From Marsupella aquatica (Eukaryota > Plantae > Marchantiophyta): a DNA stretch of 64,000 nucleotides. Below the pieces are notes generated by a model. The model did no database searches, was not told where the DNA came from, and saw only the letters and a program-made list of their open reading frames with translations. Positions 1-12,467 of this stretch are shown piece after piece. The stretch is taken from contig OZ316892.1 in NCBI GenBank assembly GCA_973895155.1, positions 11,782,238 through 11,846,237 of the forward strand. Direction: 5' to 3'. Position numbers and translations under genes: made by a program. Position 1 is the first letter of the stretch, and each line of letters starts with the position of its first letter.

Positions 1-1133
1 TGCGTGGAGATCAGGTGCCTGCCTTGCTCGATCAATGCAGGAGCAGTCAATCACACGAGTTTTGATCGCCCCCACAAAGCGAGCGGACGAGAGGAGGATG
101 TCGATGGCGACGACGTTTTACCGCGCAAAGCGAGAAATTTCGCACGACATTTCTGTCGAGGAAGAAATATGCGGAAAACGAATTCAAATCAAAACCCAAC
201 GGGCCCAGATTTACCGGGGCATTCAGGATAGCGTGTTCGGTACTTTTAGGTACAGGCACTGTGTTTTACCCAAGGTTGCCGGTCGTCATTCCCGCCCTCT
301 AGCAGGCACTGTTTTTTACTCAAGGTTGCCGTTCATCGTTCCCCTCCCTCTAGACATAGAGCAGGTGAGAAATTTGATGAACTAAATAAGACGTGTCTAT
401 ATGGAGCTTCTATAAGTGTATTCGGTGGATTACTGTAGGGACTCTTGGGTTCTTCCCAAAAATACACTTTTTGTGATAATTATGTTAAGAGCATCCCCAC
501 CCGTCCCAGGAATGGCCAAGCATAATGCCCTCTGTAAAGCAGTGTTTTGATCCCCGCCCTACCCCGTTACTTTCGAACCCTGGCTCCCGGCCCGCCAGAA
601 GCACACTCCCTCATGCCAGAACTGGCAGGTTTGGGCATATGCTACCATTGCCTGCCCTTGCTTTGCTAAACATTGCTAATGGCATAGATTGTCCCATCAA
701 GAGACACATGGAGGGCGGCAACAACCAGGAATTGGAATCCCCTTGTTTTTCAACTGCAGATATTATTTGCAAAAGAGCAATGAAGGTGGGTCTTCATTCC
801 AGGCGCTCTCTACCAAAGATGAGATGTCCGCCACTCCAACAATGCTCGTACCTGGTTGGGGATAGCTTGACTCATTGGAATTCTCAAAGTGCACAACCCA
901 GGCACTAGACAACAAGTGCAATTCCGTCCATAGGTACATACATGCATTCATCCATTGTTGCAGCATGTAAAGTGCCGTGTACAATTTCATAGAATAGTTT
1001 CAAGCACTTATCCTATTGAATCTTGCAATATGAGGGCCCATGGTACAAGGAGTCCAATGTGTGTGATCTGACAACACATGTAGGGAAGTGCATAAGTGAT
1101 TTCCTTTTAGTTATATTATTATAGCTTTTAATT

Positions 1134-1337
1134 ATTTTGCCACTAAAGATGTTCTAATTCACAATAGTGCCACTATTTTTCTGTATTTGTAAAAATGTCA
1201 TGGTTTTGTACACGGATTGACAAGTTTACCAGGGTAACTAGGGGAACTATATACAAAAACAGTGACATTATTGTAAATACAAAAAAATAGCGGTAATATT
1301 GTAAATTCAAACATCTTTAGTGACAATGTACTTAAAA
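1134..1337. mobile_element. MITE-like hairpin element, copy 1
   Basis: Long imperfect inverted repeat (cactaaagatgtt...aacatctttagtg); a second copy lies in reverse orientation at 45804-45996. Confidence 0.7.
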
Positions 1338-2189
1338 ACTGTATATTATAATAAGGTAGTACAATGTGTTGCAAATGTGGGGAAGTGTATAAATGATTTC
1401 TCATGCACTTATAACATAGTTCATACGCGCAGATTACTGCTCAGGGCATCTGGGATTTTCCGGGGAGCCTGCACTTACACCCTAATCCCCAAACCCTAAA
1501 TTGGCCTCTACTGTAGCCGTGTTGGAGGTGAGAAAACTGATAAACTGCGCTATTCTTGGCTGAAGGAAGTCTCAAAGTTTCTGAATTCACAACACTTAGC
1601 TCCCAAGTTATGTTTATGCTGATCATTAACTGTTGGCAGTGAACTGTGTGAGAGCCATGGCAGTTGGCAAGGTGTACAATCTAGGTAACAAATAAACAAA
1701 AAGCTCGTGAAAAAATCATGACCAAGCATTATGGCCAAAAACAATCAACTGTAATGTGAGGCTTTGAGACCTCCTAGTAGTGTGAGTGTACTACATAAGG
1801 TGTGTGTCGGGGTCCGGGGGGGTAGGTAGTACTGTAGTGGTGGGGTCTTTGAGTCAAAAATACATAGAGATGATGAGATGGGTGCAGGATAATGCTCTGA
1901 TCAATTTTGTGACCGAATGCTGTTTTGTTACTGACCTTGTAAGCAGGCTGGTAAGACAAACAAATGGAAACTACACCACATTGTGTCACGCAAAGACCCA
2001 ATGGATGTCTCACTCTCCCTCTGTATTTTCTACTGCCCATCTCTTTGCATATTTTGTGCAAAATCACCAGCCACGGGTACCCTACCCTGGAGACAATGAA
2101 TCAGTGCAAGTATTTTTTTGAGGCAATTGGCACCCAACAAGTAGGGATTTCATCAAAAGTAATGAGGTGGAAAGTGACACTTGTCCTAA

Positions 2190-2716
2190 CGAGGCAAGAG
2201 TTAGGCAGACAGTAGGAGGCGGCGTTGCCCTTGAAAGCGGGCTTGAAAAGCATTACGGTACGTGCTCACCAAAAGATATGGACTCTCTTTGATTCTTGAA
2301 AATTTGTGTGTTGTTGTCTCCATTTGATCACGATTGTGTTATTCCCCTAGTGTATTTCCATTGTTCTATGAAGAGACTCACCAAGGTCACTTGCGCTAAG
2401 ACTTGTTGAGAAAAACTTGTATAGTTTGGTTGTCCATGTGAGTAGAGGGAGTGGTGACAACACAACCAATAGCCAGGAGGAGTATGAATGTTACAATGCA
2501 TGGGACCTGATCAACAACAAAGACCAGAGTCGGTAGACTTGATAAAAACATACATTTTGGGGAGCAGAAACAAATATATACATATATACTTGTCCTTAGT
2601 ACAAACCAAATCTGGATAGTGTCTTTGCACGCCCCGGTAATACAATATGTAGAAACAATTTTAGTCAATAAAAAGATGGGGGTCTGTCATGCAAATCGTT
2701 TGATAAGCAAGTGACA
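2190..2716 (+). mobile_element. Diverged 3' end of the ~4 kb TG..CA element family (partial third copy)
   Basis: Shares motifs with 10000-10505 (gtggtgaca, accagagtcggtagacttgataaaaacataca, terminal gcaagtgaca). The 5' boundary was not found. Confidence 0.65.
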
Positions 2717-5700
2717 ATTCTGAAGTAGAAAACTTTCAACTTTTAAGTCCAATTAGATCGTGGACCCCCAAAGTTAGGGTTCACTTGAGCTGAAAAATTA
2801 CTGCTTGTAAAATGTATAAGGGCGTAGCCAAGGGCACTAGAAAATCCCAGTGGAAACTGCACCAAAGGAAGGACAAAAGTGAGTTAGAAAAGGAAAGATT
2901 CATGAGACAGAGGAAGATGTTCGAGACCCGGTTTGAGACCAGGCAAAACTGTAGAAGGTCTTACTTTGAATATCCTTACTCTCAGTTGCTGCAGGTCAGA
3001 TATACATTCATGAATCTCAGGCAACTGCAATAACATCATTCATTCCCACTGCCCCACAAGAAAGTGAAATCATTTGTGCGCCATAAAATCTGCCCAAGAG
3101 AGAAATTCCTCCATAAACAGCCCTCCAAAAAGGACTTTTAAAGTACACTCTAGATATTGTAGGAATGGCTTGTACCTCGGCTTTTACGAGATGAACCAAA
3201 CCTCGAGGAGCCCTGGAGCAATCACCTTAGAGCCTTCTCTATATTCTCTACTTAATTGTATAGGATTTCTAATTGAGGTTTGCCTATCTCCAGCTCAAAA
3301 TATACTTAGTCTAACAAGAAATTTCCCATGAGATGAAATTGACCAAACTTGTGACCCTAGCATTGCAAAGATAGCCAATTGGAGAAATTGAGGATTGTTG
3401 AGAGCAAGGGAAAGAATGAAGAGCAGGACTCTAGAGGGCGAACCAAAGCAAAATATAATGTTCAAAATGCAATCAAAGAGGACATTTCTGTAACTGGTCT
3501 CATGAATTTAGAGTTCTAAAATCCCTGGAGAAGGAAACTGAGTTATTGTCCGCCCTTGTGAATGAATGGGACAAGTTATTCACTGCGACAAGTTTAGCTC
3601 TACATATATCCACAAGGACAAATGCTAGAAACCTAAGGTAATTGATTTGTGTGAGGACATAGATGGCATTAAAAATCTCTAAGACCACCTGAACTTAGAA
3701 TCTTTAACAGATACTGAAATCTGATCAGTCGTGCGAATCAACAGCAGACTGTACTACAAAAAGTCCCAAGTGGTCTCGAGAGTATTGTCTTTTGTGCAAA
3801 AACATCAAAACTCTCCAGTAAAGTACCAGCATCAAAGGTTCAAGTCAAAAGAACAAAGTCACAATTTTCAATCTATAGGAATCTATAGTTACAGTTCCAT
3901 CAGGACAAAATCACCAGAGAATGAGATGTAGTTTGAATTATTTTTATATTAGTTCGAAAGATGACAAACTTGTCCCAATAAAATTTCATGAAATCTCATC
4001 AATAGGGATGCACATTGTCCCATCTATGGAGTTTTGCAGAACCTAACTAGTTTTGTCCTTCATTGTGGAATTAATTCTCCATCAAGAGATCACATTACTT
4101 TGTTGGACTAATATTTGTCTACATTATATCTACTGTAAATAGAAATTGCTCTATTAATATAGACATGGGTGCAAAATGGAAAACTTCTTATAGCCAATAG
4201 TTTAGACTCACATCTATAGTTTAGGGACGAGATAGTGACCATAACTACCACCATATGTATACACCTCTTGGACCTCTAATGGATAGTAAGATTCTTGTCG
4301 GTGCATTGGTGTAATATTGCATCTCAAGGCTTCCTACACGATAACACGTTATCAGCATGTAGCTCTCCATGAGCAATTTTCTTTCGGAGAAAGGCCAGAT
4401 TTACATTGAATGCTTATAGATTTTGAGCCGATTATAATTCTCACCATGATTTTGAATTGAAAATGAAAACCGCACAATAGGAGTTTTCCTTTTTTTTAAA
4501 GGGAAATCTGTGAAACTCCAGAGAAAGGGAAGAGTCAGCCACAATAGTTGGGAAGAGTCAGCCCACAACACTTGAACCCAAGACCTATCAGTCTCTACTC
4601 AAGTGAGCTACCACAAAGTCATGTCTCTCTGGGCACAATAGGAGATACTTAATTGAAGGATTTGAGAAATTCATTGATCGAACGATTGAAGGATCAAAGA
4701 AATTTGACGGTTAAGGATTTGAGGCATCGAAACTCAGGTCCGGAGCACTTATTATATTTTCTCATTTGGGATGGAATTTTTTTGAGGAATTCCAAATGTG
4801 ACATTTTACGTGCTAGGGATCATCTCGTCTAGTCTACAAAGACTTTAGGTAATTTGTGATGTTTTGGATAGAATGCTAGGGTTGTTAACATTCACCAAAG
4901 AGCCAGTCGATCAGAAGCGCAACAAAAGAGAAGAAGTTACTTGCGCTCATATTCTCAGATCAATGGAGAGAGGAGAAAGAGCAAAATTGAATAGATTTCA
5001 AATTAAATCTAGAAGATTCAATATGCTACAAAAGAAATGTGAAGTAGATACAAGTCAGGGTTTCTTTCGTAGTACCAATGGCATTCAGGCAGAGTAGATC
5101 GATGTTAGGAAAAAATTGCAACTAAGAACTGAAAGGATATCCGATGTGGGGTGGTACAAAATAAATCCCCAATTGTAAATCAATGAGCCCAGAGACTGAA
5201 AAGCGTACATAAGAATACAAAGAGGAAAGAAAGAGAAGGTTGAGTCCTATGGAGCTCCTATGGATTTAAGCAAAATTGCATAGTGTCGTCAACGAAGGAC
5301 GTGAGAATTGGATCAATAGAAAGCGCAACACTAGGGTGGATACATCCAGTTGAGAAGAGAACACAATGAGCAAATAAGGACTGAACAAATTACAAATGAA
5401 GAAAACTGATGGGAAGAAAGCGAATGCTCACAATTTGGACCATTTTTCAATCAGCAATTGGGCCCTGGCAATTTTCTTCATGAAAAGGAAGACGAAACCT
5501 TAAGATCCAACTCCATAATATAAATTGAGAGAAACACAAAAAGGAAAATTTTAGAAGAGAACAAACACCATAGCCCATTGATCGTGGCACGAAGAAGAAT
5601 TCCCCAAGACACGAGAGAAGTGAGTTTTGCAAAGAGAATGAGTACCATTTGAAAATTGGGAGTGGAATGAAGTGAAGTGGACACAAAGAGTAGATTGATT

Positions 5701-6106
5701 TCACAAAGACTGCATTTGACGCATTGAGAGAAGGGACCAGACGGGAAGTACTTTCAAAACAAAGCTTGAGGAGGCCAACACAAGGGACCAAAGAAGCCAA
5801 AGGGGAGTTCCTCCTCAATACTGCATGTTAACACAAAGGGATTTCTTCTCATAAAGAACGATATTTCTTCATAAGAGACATCACACTATTTCTTATGCCC
5901 AAAAAGCTTATAAATGCCTGACTTGCCCACCATGACATCTCATGCAATGCCAAAATTGATTTAAGGAACAAACATATCATGAAAAGGGAAGGAAAGACAT
6001 AGGAAGGAAAGACATAAGAACCAAAAACACTTATTGAAAATTTCTCCATGTAAGAATTGTCCAATTAATTTCATAAATTCAGGGGGAGATATTCTTCCCA
6101 AGGGTG

Positions 6107-9100
6107 TGTGACGGGGTCCCCCGTCACTCGAAATCATGAATAATGGGTTGCAGAGGGGTGTGCCTTGTTAATAGCCACTGTAAATAAGCCATTTTTAAAT
6201 TTTTTTAGTTATTTCCGCCATTGTAGGTTGATGATGCCCCGAGTGACTTTGTATTCTTCCTCTTGTAACAGTTCTAAGATTTGTGGCGACCTAAGCAGGC
6301 AAATATTTTGGGACCTTAAAAAGCTAGAGGGCCAACCCCATTGGAATTATCGTTTGCTTGAGCTATCGTTGCCACCCCCCTTGTAATTTGAAGAAAAGGG
6401 AGCTTTGGGGGGATTAAAATTCCCCATTAGGGAGCCCTGCAAGTGACCAGGTGGCGCCCGGGAAACCTAGCCCTTGCATAGGGAGGCGCGCCACGCGAGC
6501 GAGGGTGCCGCAAGCCAGGGGCTCCCGTGAGCCGGGCCCAAAGGACGCGTGAGTGAAGGAGGGGGGGTATTAAACCCTCCCGCGAGGAGGGAGCAGGACC
6601 GGGCGAGCCCTGCATAGGGCCGCGAGCTCACCAGCCGCAGCCGCAAGTAGACGCAACGGCGAGGGGGAGAAAGCGAGAGGCGAGCCGGGGCGCATGGCTT
6701 GTGCGCAGCCGGGAGGTACCGGGCGGCTTGCCGGAGCCGGGAGGAGCCCGCGAGTAAGAGCCCAGGTGAGCCGAGCCGGGGCGCGAGGCGCAGCCGGGTC
6801 GCAGCCGGGAGGAGAAGATCGCGGAGTGGGGAGGGGGGCAATTAAGTTCCCTTGGGAAGGGCCCGCATGAGGGGCTGTGAGTAGGGGGGAATTAAATTTC
6901 CCCGGCCTTGGAGGACTGGAGGCCACCGCGAGTATGCCCCGGAAGGGAGGCGCGAGGCGCTCCCGCGAGTAGTGGGGGGAGATTAAATCCCCCATTAAAG
7001 CGCAGCTGGGATGCTTCGGAGGGCAGGTCAGAGGGGGGCAGGTACGCGCGCGGCAGAAGGGGGGAGAAAATACTCCCCGATACACGGGTTAGTCAATACC
7101 CAGGAGAGGGCAGCGAATGGCACCTGGTGCTTAGGGGTATACTTAAGGGGCGCCTGCGCCCTTAGGAAAGCCACCACTTCTTGCTTTCCCCTTAACTTTT
7201 TTCTTGCTTCCCTTGAGATGCCGAAAGCTTCCCTCAAAACTGCTTCTTTGTAAACAGTACCCTGGTTCTTGGTTCTCCAATTTTTTTCCCCTTTCTCTCT
7301 AGCTCGGCATGGAATTGGGGGACTCACTGTCTCCGAGCATTAACGGTGGCTGCAGTGAATTATGGCTGGGAAATTGAGATTGGGTCATTGATTGATCGGG
7401 ATACGGGGGCTGTTTCAGGCCAGGGAATTGACATTGCTACGGGTGACGGGATTTGGTGATTGAGGATTTGATTTCGGGATGCACGAATGCTAGATGAACC
7501 GGAGTTCAGTGTGGCACGCATTCGGAGATACAAGGCTGCTTACCGTGACTACGTGGAGACTTTGATTTCAAGGGAGAGAGAAGAGAGAGAAGCTACGATG
7601 AGCACGGGATTGGCAGTAGGTTCCACGCCGGTGGGTAGGAGGATTTTTTGTTGAATTTATCCCAAGACCTCCGCCAAGGTGATGGAGGATTGTCGGAATA
7701 TTTTCCAAGCCACCGGGGTTACAAAATTCATGAAGGTGGAGATTACCATCCCCCCGGGGAAGAGCTGGGACATTGAGGCCGCGATGGAGTTACGAACGGA
7801 GGGAATCTACTTTGAATGTCTCAAACGTGTAGTGCCCCATGTAGAGTTGGCTAGGCTGCTGTTTCTGGAGAATCAGAAATTCTCATTCACACCTCGGCAC
7901 ATCAGGGGAGAACTCACGTTGAAGATGATGGCCACTTGGGTGATTAATCCCACCTCCACCACTGCCATCCCTCTTTCCGCTGTCAAGGATGTTGAGTATA
8001 AGGGATTCCTGGCCAAGGTTCATCAATGGGTCCTTGGCAACGTGCAATCAGGGGTGGTGAATGAAGAACATTTCGTGGTAGCTATGGACATCAAGAACCA
8101 CCCAGCCCATGTGTACGGATGGTGGTACTACGGGTTGAAGAAGCTGTTGGCCGCTGACCTCGGGAGTGTGAAACCAGGTGGGGCTGTACATTTGATGGGG
8201 TCATTTGTATTGGCCAGGGCAGAAGGGTTGATTGGTTCCCCGGGACAGGAAGACACGGAATCATCTCTCACCACGGAGATCCGGAGTATTGCCACTACCG
8301 TTATCGGGAAGCTCACGGAGGAATCATCGTCGGCTGGTGGGGATGAAGATAGAGGAGAAGAAAACCAGGATGAGGACTACACATTGGAGTGGCTTGAATC
8401 ACTCGTGGGAGATCCGAAAGAGCCCCTGGCCTACAACATTCCGGATGTTTACCTGGCAGAGCTACGGGATTTCAGAGAGGGAGTCCATGAGGGACTCAAG
8501 CTAGTCCACGCATTGAGAGATTCTCTCAAGCACACCACAGCCAGAGTAGAGACGTTAGAGCAGAGTACCCTGTCTCTGAAGGAGGTGATCAAGGCCAAGG
8601 AGGAGACCATTCATGAGAAGGTTAAGCTTCTCCAAGCAGCTCACGTAGAGATCTCCAACTTGAAGGGAGCCTTGTCCACCAAGGCCAAGGAAGCAGAAGA
8701 GGTGGGAGCATTGAGACAAGCATTGGCCAAAGAGAAGCAGAATTCTGGAGAAGTGGTGGAGTGGAGAAACCAGGTGGGAGCACTACGGAGTCAGGTGGCC
8801 GCCTTTGAGACACGAGCAAAGAGGAGTGAGGCCTTGAGTCTGGGGAAACGGAAGAGCCCCGGCACTCCTAGCTCCATACTTTCTCCGGATTTGATCTCCC
8901 AGGCTATTGAGATGGTGGTGAAGGAGGTTAGTGGGAAGTATGGGCCCTTGTTGGATGGAGCCAAGAAGAGTCAGGAGAAGAGCAAGGGCTTGGAGAAGAA
9001 GCTCCGGGAGGTACGGAAATCATTACGGGAGGCTCAGGTCAGAACAGGGATGCCACCCAGGTCTGTCACCCCCGGGACTCCCATGGCCACAGGGCAAGTT

Positions 9101-10505
9101 CTACCGTTGGAGTTGCGGTCCGGAGAAGAGGCTACCCTATGGAAGGACACCATTGGTGAGGGGTACATTAAAGCGTGGCAGGCCTTGGCCAATTTGAGAA
9201 AGCAGGGGAGCACTAGCACAAGGAGTACCCCGGTAAAGAAGAAGAGAAGTGAAGTGGCACTCACTCCAGTGGAGAGTGATGAGGAGGCCCACTCACGGGG
9301 CTCAAGCCAGGGCACCGTGAGTGAAGAGGAGGAGGATTAGAGTGGTCGTACGGACGTGGTTGTACGGCCCCTGGACTTTCCAACTTTTTTTTGTGAGGGG
9401 TCACTCACGGGCTTGTTGGAAAGAGTTCGCGGAGCTGATTCCAACAAGAGGCGGCGCTCCTCAAACGGAGCCAGGATGAGCAGGTTATGGCCCGGCGAAG
9501 TTGTGTTTACGGGATACGGAAACGGTCATAACTTGGTCGTCCAATGTCCGTTTAGAGAGCGGTTGAGTGATTCGTGATCAGGAGGAGGAGAGCTATCCAG
9601 GGGTGAACTCAGAAGTGCAAGTGGAGGGGCGCCTAGTTTCGGCCATTGTGGGGTTCCTTGCAATTTCACGGTTCACGGAGTAACGTTGGGGCACCGTCGA
9701 AGGCACCGTCGGCCCCATTGTTAGTTTAGGGTTTAGGGTTTTTAGACGCATGTGTGTGCCGCATGGTTTTAGTTTAGGGGTTTCTTAGTGAAGGGTTTAG
9801 CGGCGCTGCTAGGGTAAGCCGCCATCGTTGTGGCCCCGTGAGGGGTGCTTTGGTGTGTTTTTTGGTATTTAGGGGGAGAGCCCCAGAGTTGTAAGGGGGG
9901 AACTCAGCGTAGTACTTGGATGCTTTGGAGTAGCTTTTGTGAGTAGCACACCGATTAGGAGAAGTTCAAGCTAGAGTAGTGAGGTGGAGAACGTAGCACT
10001 TGTCCCCGGGAGGCAGGAGTTGGGCAGACGGTAGGAGGCCGGGTTGCCCTTGCATGTGTTACGAGAAACACCAAGAGATATGGATTTGGCTTGAGGTTCC
10101 AATATTTTGTGTGTCACTTGTGGTTGCTTGTGTTGTCTGTTTTCCTCCCCTAGTGCGTGTGGTCGGTGTCGTTGTGGAAACATTTGCCCTTGTCACTAGT
10201 GTTCAAATCTTATTGTAAATGTTGGTATGCTTGCCCAAGAGAGGAGGGGGGTGGTGACAGCACTCACCCGGTGGGCATGAGTTGTAGATGGTAGGACCAG
10301 TCCCTTGGACTTGATCAAAAACGGAGAGACCAGTCGGTAGACTTGATCAAAAAATACACTTCCGGGAGCGGAATCAAACATACTCATACTTAGGTGTGGA
10401 AATCCTCCAAATAGCGTCCCTCCACGACCCCGTAATACGATACCAACAGTTTAAGCAAGGAAAAGTACGGTTTGCACGTATTAATCGTTGGACAGGCAAG
10501 TGACA
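6107..10505 (+). mobile_element. 4.4 kb TG..CA element (probable giant solo LTR) carrying a coiled-coil ORF, copy 1
   Basis: Starts TGTGAC and ends GTGACA, with 5-bp TSD GGGTG (6102-6106 / 10506-10510). Homologous to 24862-28890 at both ends and across the ORF. No internal LTR pair, PBS, PPT or gag/pol seen. Confidence 0.85.
7487..9340 (+). pseudogene. TE-borne coiled-coil protein of unknown function, one premature stop
   Basis: In frame with the 553-aa ORF at 7679; ATG 7487 aligns with MLDQPEF of copy 2. TGA at 7652-7654 replaces CGA (IFRRIYPK became IFC*IYPK). Confidence 0.8.
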
Positions 10506-11927
10506 GGGTGCCTACTGCAAATTAAAATCTCTGTGCCTATTGCACATTAAAGCAAATGGGTGCCTACTGCACACTCACGCAGAAAGGAAAAATATTTGAT
10601 AACTTGAGGGGGAGATCTCATGAAAGGCTTGGCCCCAAGCAATAGAACCCATGGGATGTGCCTACTGAACAAGTGTATTTTTCGCACCAATCAGTATTTT
10701 ACAATGGAACCATATGAGTTGGAACCATATGGCCAATTCTCAAAAATGAGGAATCTTTGTACACGATTGGTCAGGATGTTCACACATTCACTCACTAATA
10801 TTGGATGACATATCATGACTACTAAATTTGGACATAAAACAGACCTTATCATGATATGGTATCATATGATCATATGAGGTACGGTATCAAGTTGTAAGGT
10901 ACCATAAGGTGAGATATGGCCTGGGAAGGCACGACGAGAGATGGTGTGCTATATCATAATAGGATATCTGTATGATATGGATATGGTATATGTTATGATG
11001 TGACCAAGTTATGCCAACACCCAATCTAGGATTGGACACTCCAAACGGTTCAAAGGCCAAGGATTACAACCCACCACGTATCATCTTCATCCTGAATTAA
11101 TACCTTGCTTTTTTTTCCTTAATCTATGAACATCAAGGAGTATTCATTGCCAGCATGGAACGAGATGCATGATGCAGTCAACTTTGCTAACACAAACCAA
11201 GGAGGATCTTCCACAAGCCCATAGTGTTGACAGGCATTAAGAGACTTTGTACAAATTTCATATACACTATGTATTTACCCACTTAACCTAAAATGGTTCC
11301 ATAACATGTGGTGGTGGCACTCTTTCCCTCAGAAAGAGGTAGGAGGATTTTAATGAGACCACACCAATGGCTACCACAGTAAATACTTAATCTATTAAGG
11401 TTAGATGTTAACCCTAGACTGTGGTTCCCTTATATCCTATAAACAACCAAGGGGGAGTATTATAACCCAAAGTTTAGATTAACATCTATAGTTTAGGGAA
11501 GAGATAGTTACCATAACTACCACCATCTGTATATACCTCTTGGACCTCTAATAGATAGTAGTATTTTTTCCGATGCATTGGTGTATTATTCCATCTCAAG
11601 GCTTCCTACATTATAACAATACTCTAGATCTATTTGAGACATTCTAGCTTATTATTCTTTTCAACATTCAGAACAATACATATCTAACTCTCGATCTAGC
11701 TTGCCAGCTTTTACAACTTATGTCTGATTGTGTTGATGGCTACATCACCCTGTTCAAGAGCCAGTTTCTATCAGTTAGAATTTTCTGGATAGGTGCTCGA
11801 GACAAAGGCATAAGAAAGCACATCAAGTGAGCATATAATTGTCTCATCAATTTGCTTTAACATAAGTCTACAAACTATTTGATTTCATTATGGTCTTCTA
11901 GTCAGACTAAATTTAGGACTAATTAAT

Positions 11928-12271
11928 TGTTGAGCATAGACGACATTTGTAACGGCAAGCCCATGAACCATCCAACGCACAATAGTCGACACAGAGAGAT
12001 ACATGGTTCACCTCCACATGAGGCTACGTCCACGGGAACACACAAGAGCTTTATTGCACTCTAGGCCGACCGGCCATACCAAGCATCCACAGCACAAGCT
12101 CTCCCTATCTCTCAACTAGCTCCGTAACAATGAGCCTAAGTTCCACCAGGGTCTGGCATCAGCCCTGGCTATATGCACAATAGCACTATCGCTAACATTA
12201 GCTAAGTCCTAACCCGAATTAGACTAACTGTGGTTAGCTCATGAGTCACAAGGCTAGAGCAATATCTAACA
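11928..12271 (-). repeat. Copia 3' LTR
   Basis: Direct repeat of 32462-32805 with 12 substitutions by my count, all transitions. PPT adjacent at 12272-12282. Confidence 0.97.
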
Positions 12272-12467
12272 AACTCCCCCTTGACTCTTGTCTTGGGGAC
12301 TGGACTAAATGCTACCATATGAAATCCTCAGCGGGAAGTTCTAGACAATCACCAAACCAGGTCTCCCCCTAAAAACCACAAGGGTTAACTAGAACTAAGC
12401 CGTAGCCAAAGAGGAATGAGTAATCCATATACAAATAGTCACACATTGCTAAATAACTCTACTTGTA

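Larger units (their letters stand above)
4189..11618 (+). mobile_element. Old, decayed LTR retrotransposon (copia, Bianca-like PBS), interrupted by the element at 6107-10505
   Basis: 158-bp diverged direct repeats at 4189-4346 and 11461-11618, both ending ataaca. PBS-like cgttatcagca at 4347-4357 and PPT aagggggag at 11449-11457. No intact ORF; TSD not recognisable. Confidence 0.65.

Noticed and set aside
6427-7327. Overlapping GC-rich ORFs here and at 23000-24200, 28000-28800 and 30900-31800
   Set aside because: Low-complexity Arg/Pro/Gly frames in GC-rich TE leaders; no motifs, and not conserved between the paired element copies.
9720-9800. Interstitial telomere (TTTAGGG)
   Set aside because: Only 2-4 scattered units inside the 4 kb element; at most telo-box-like.
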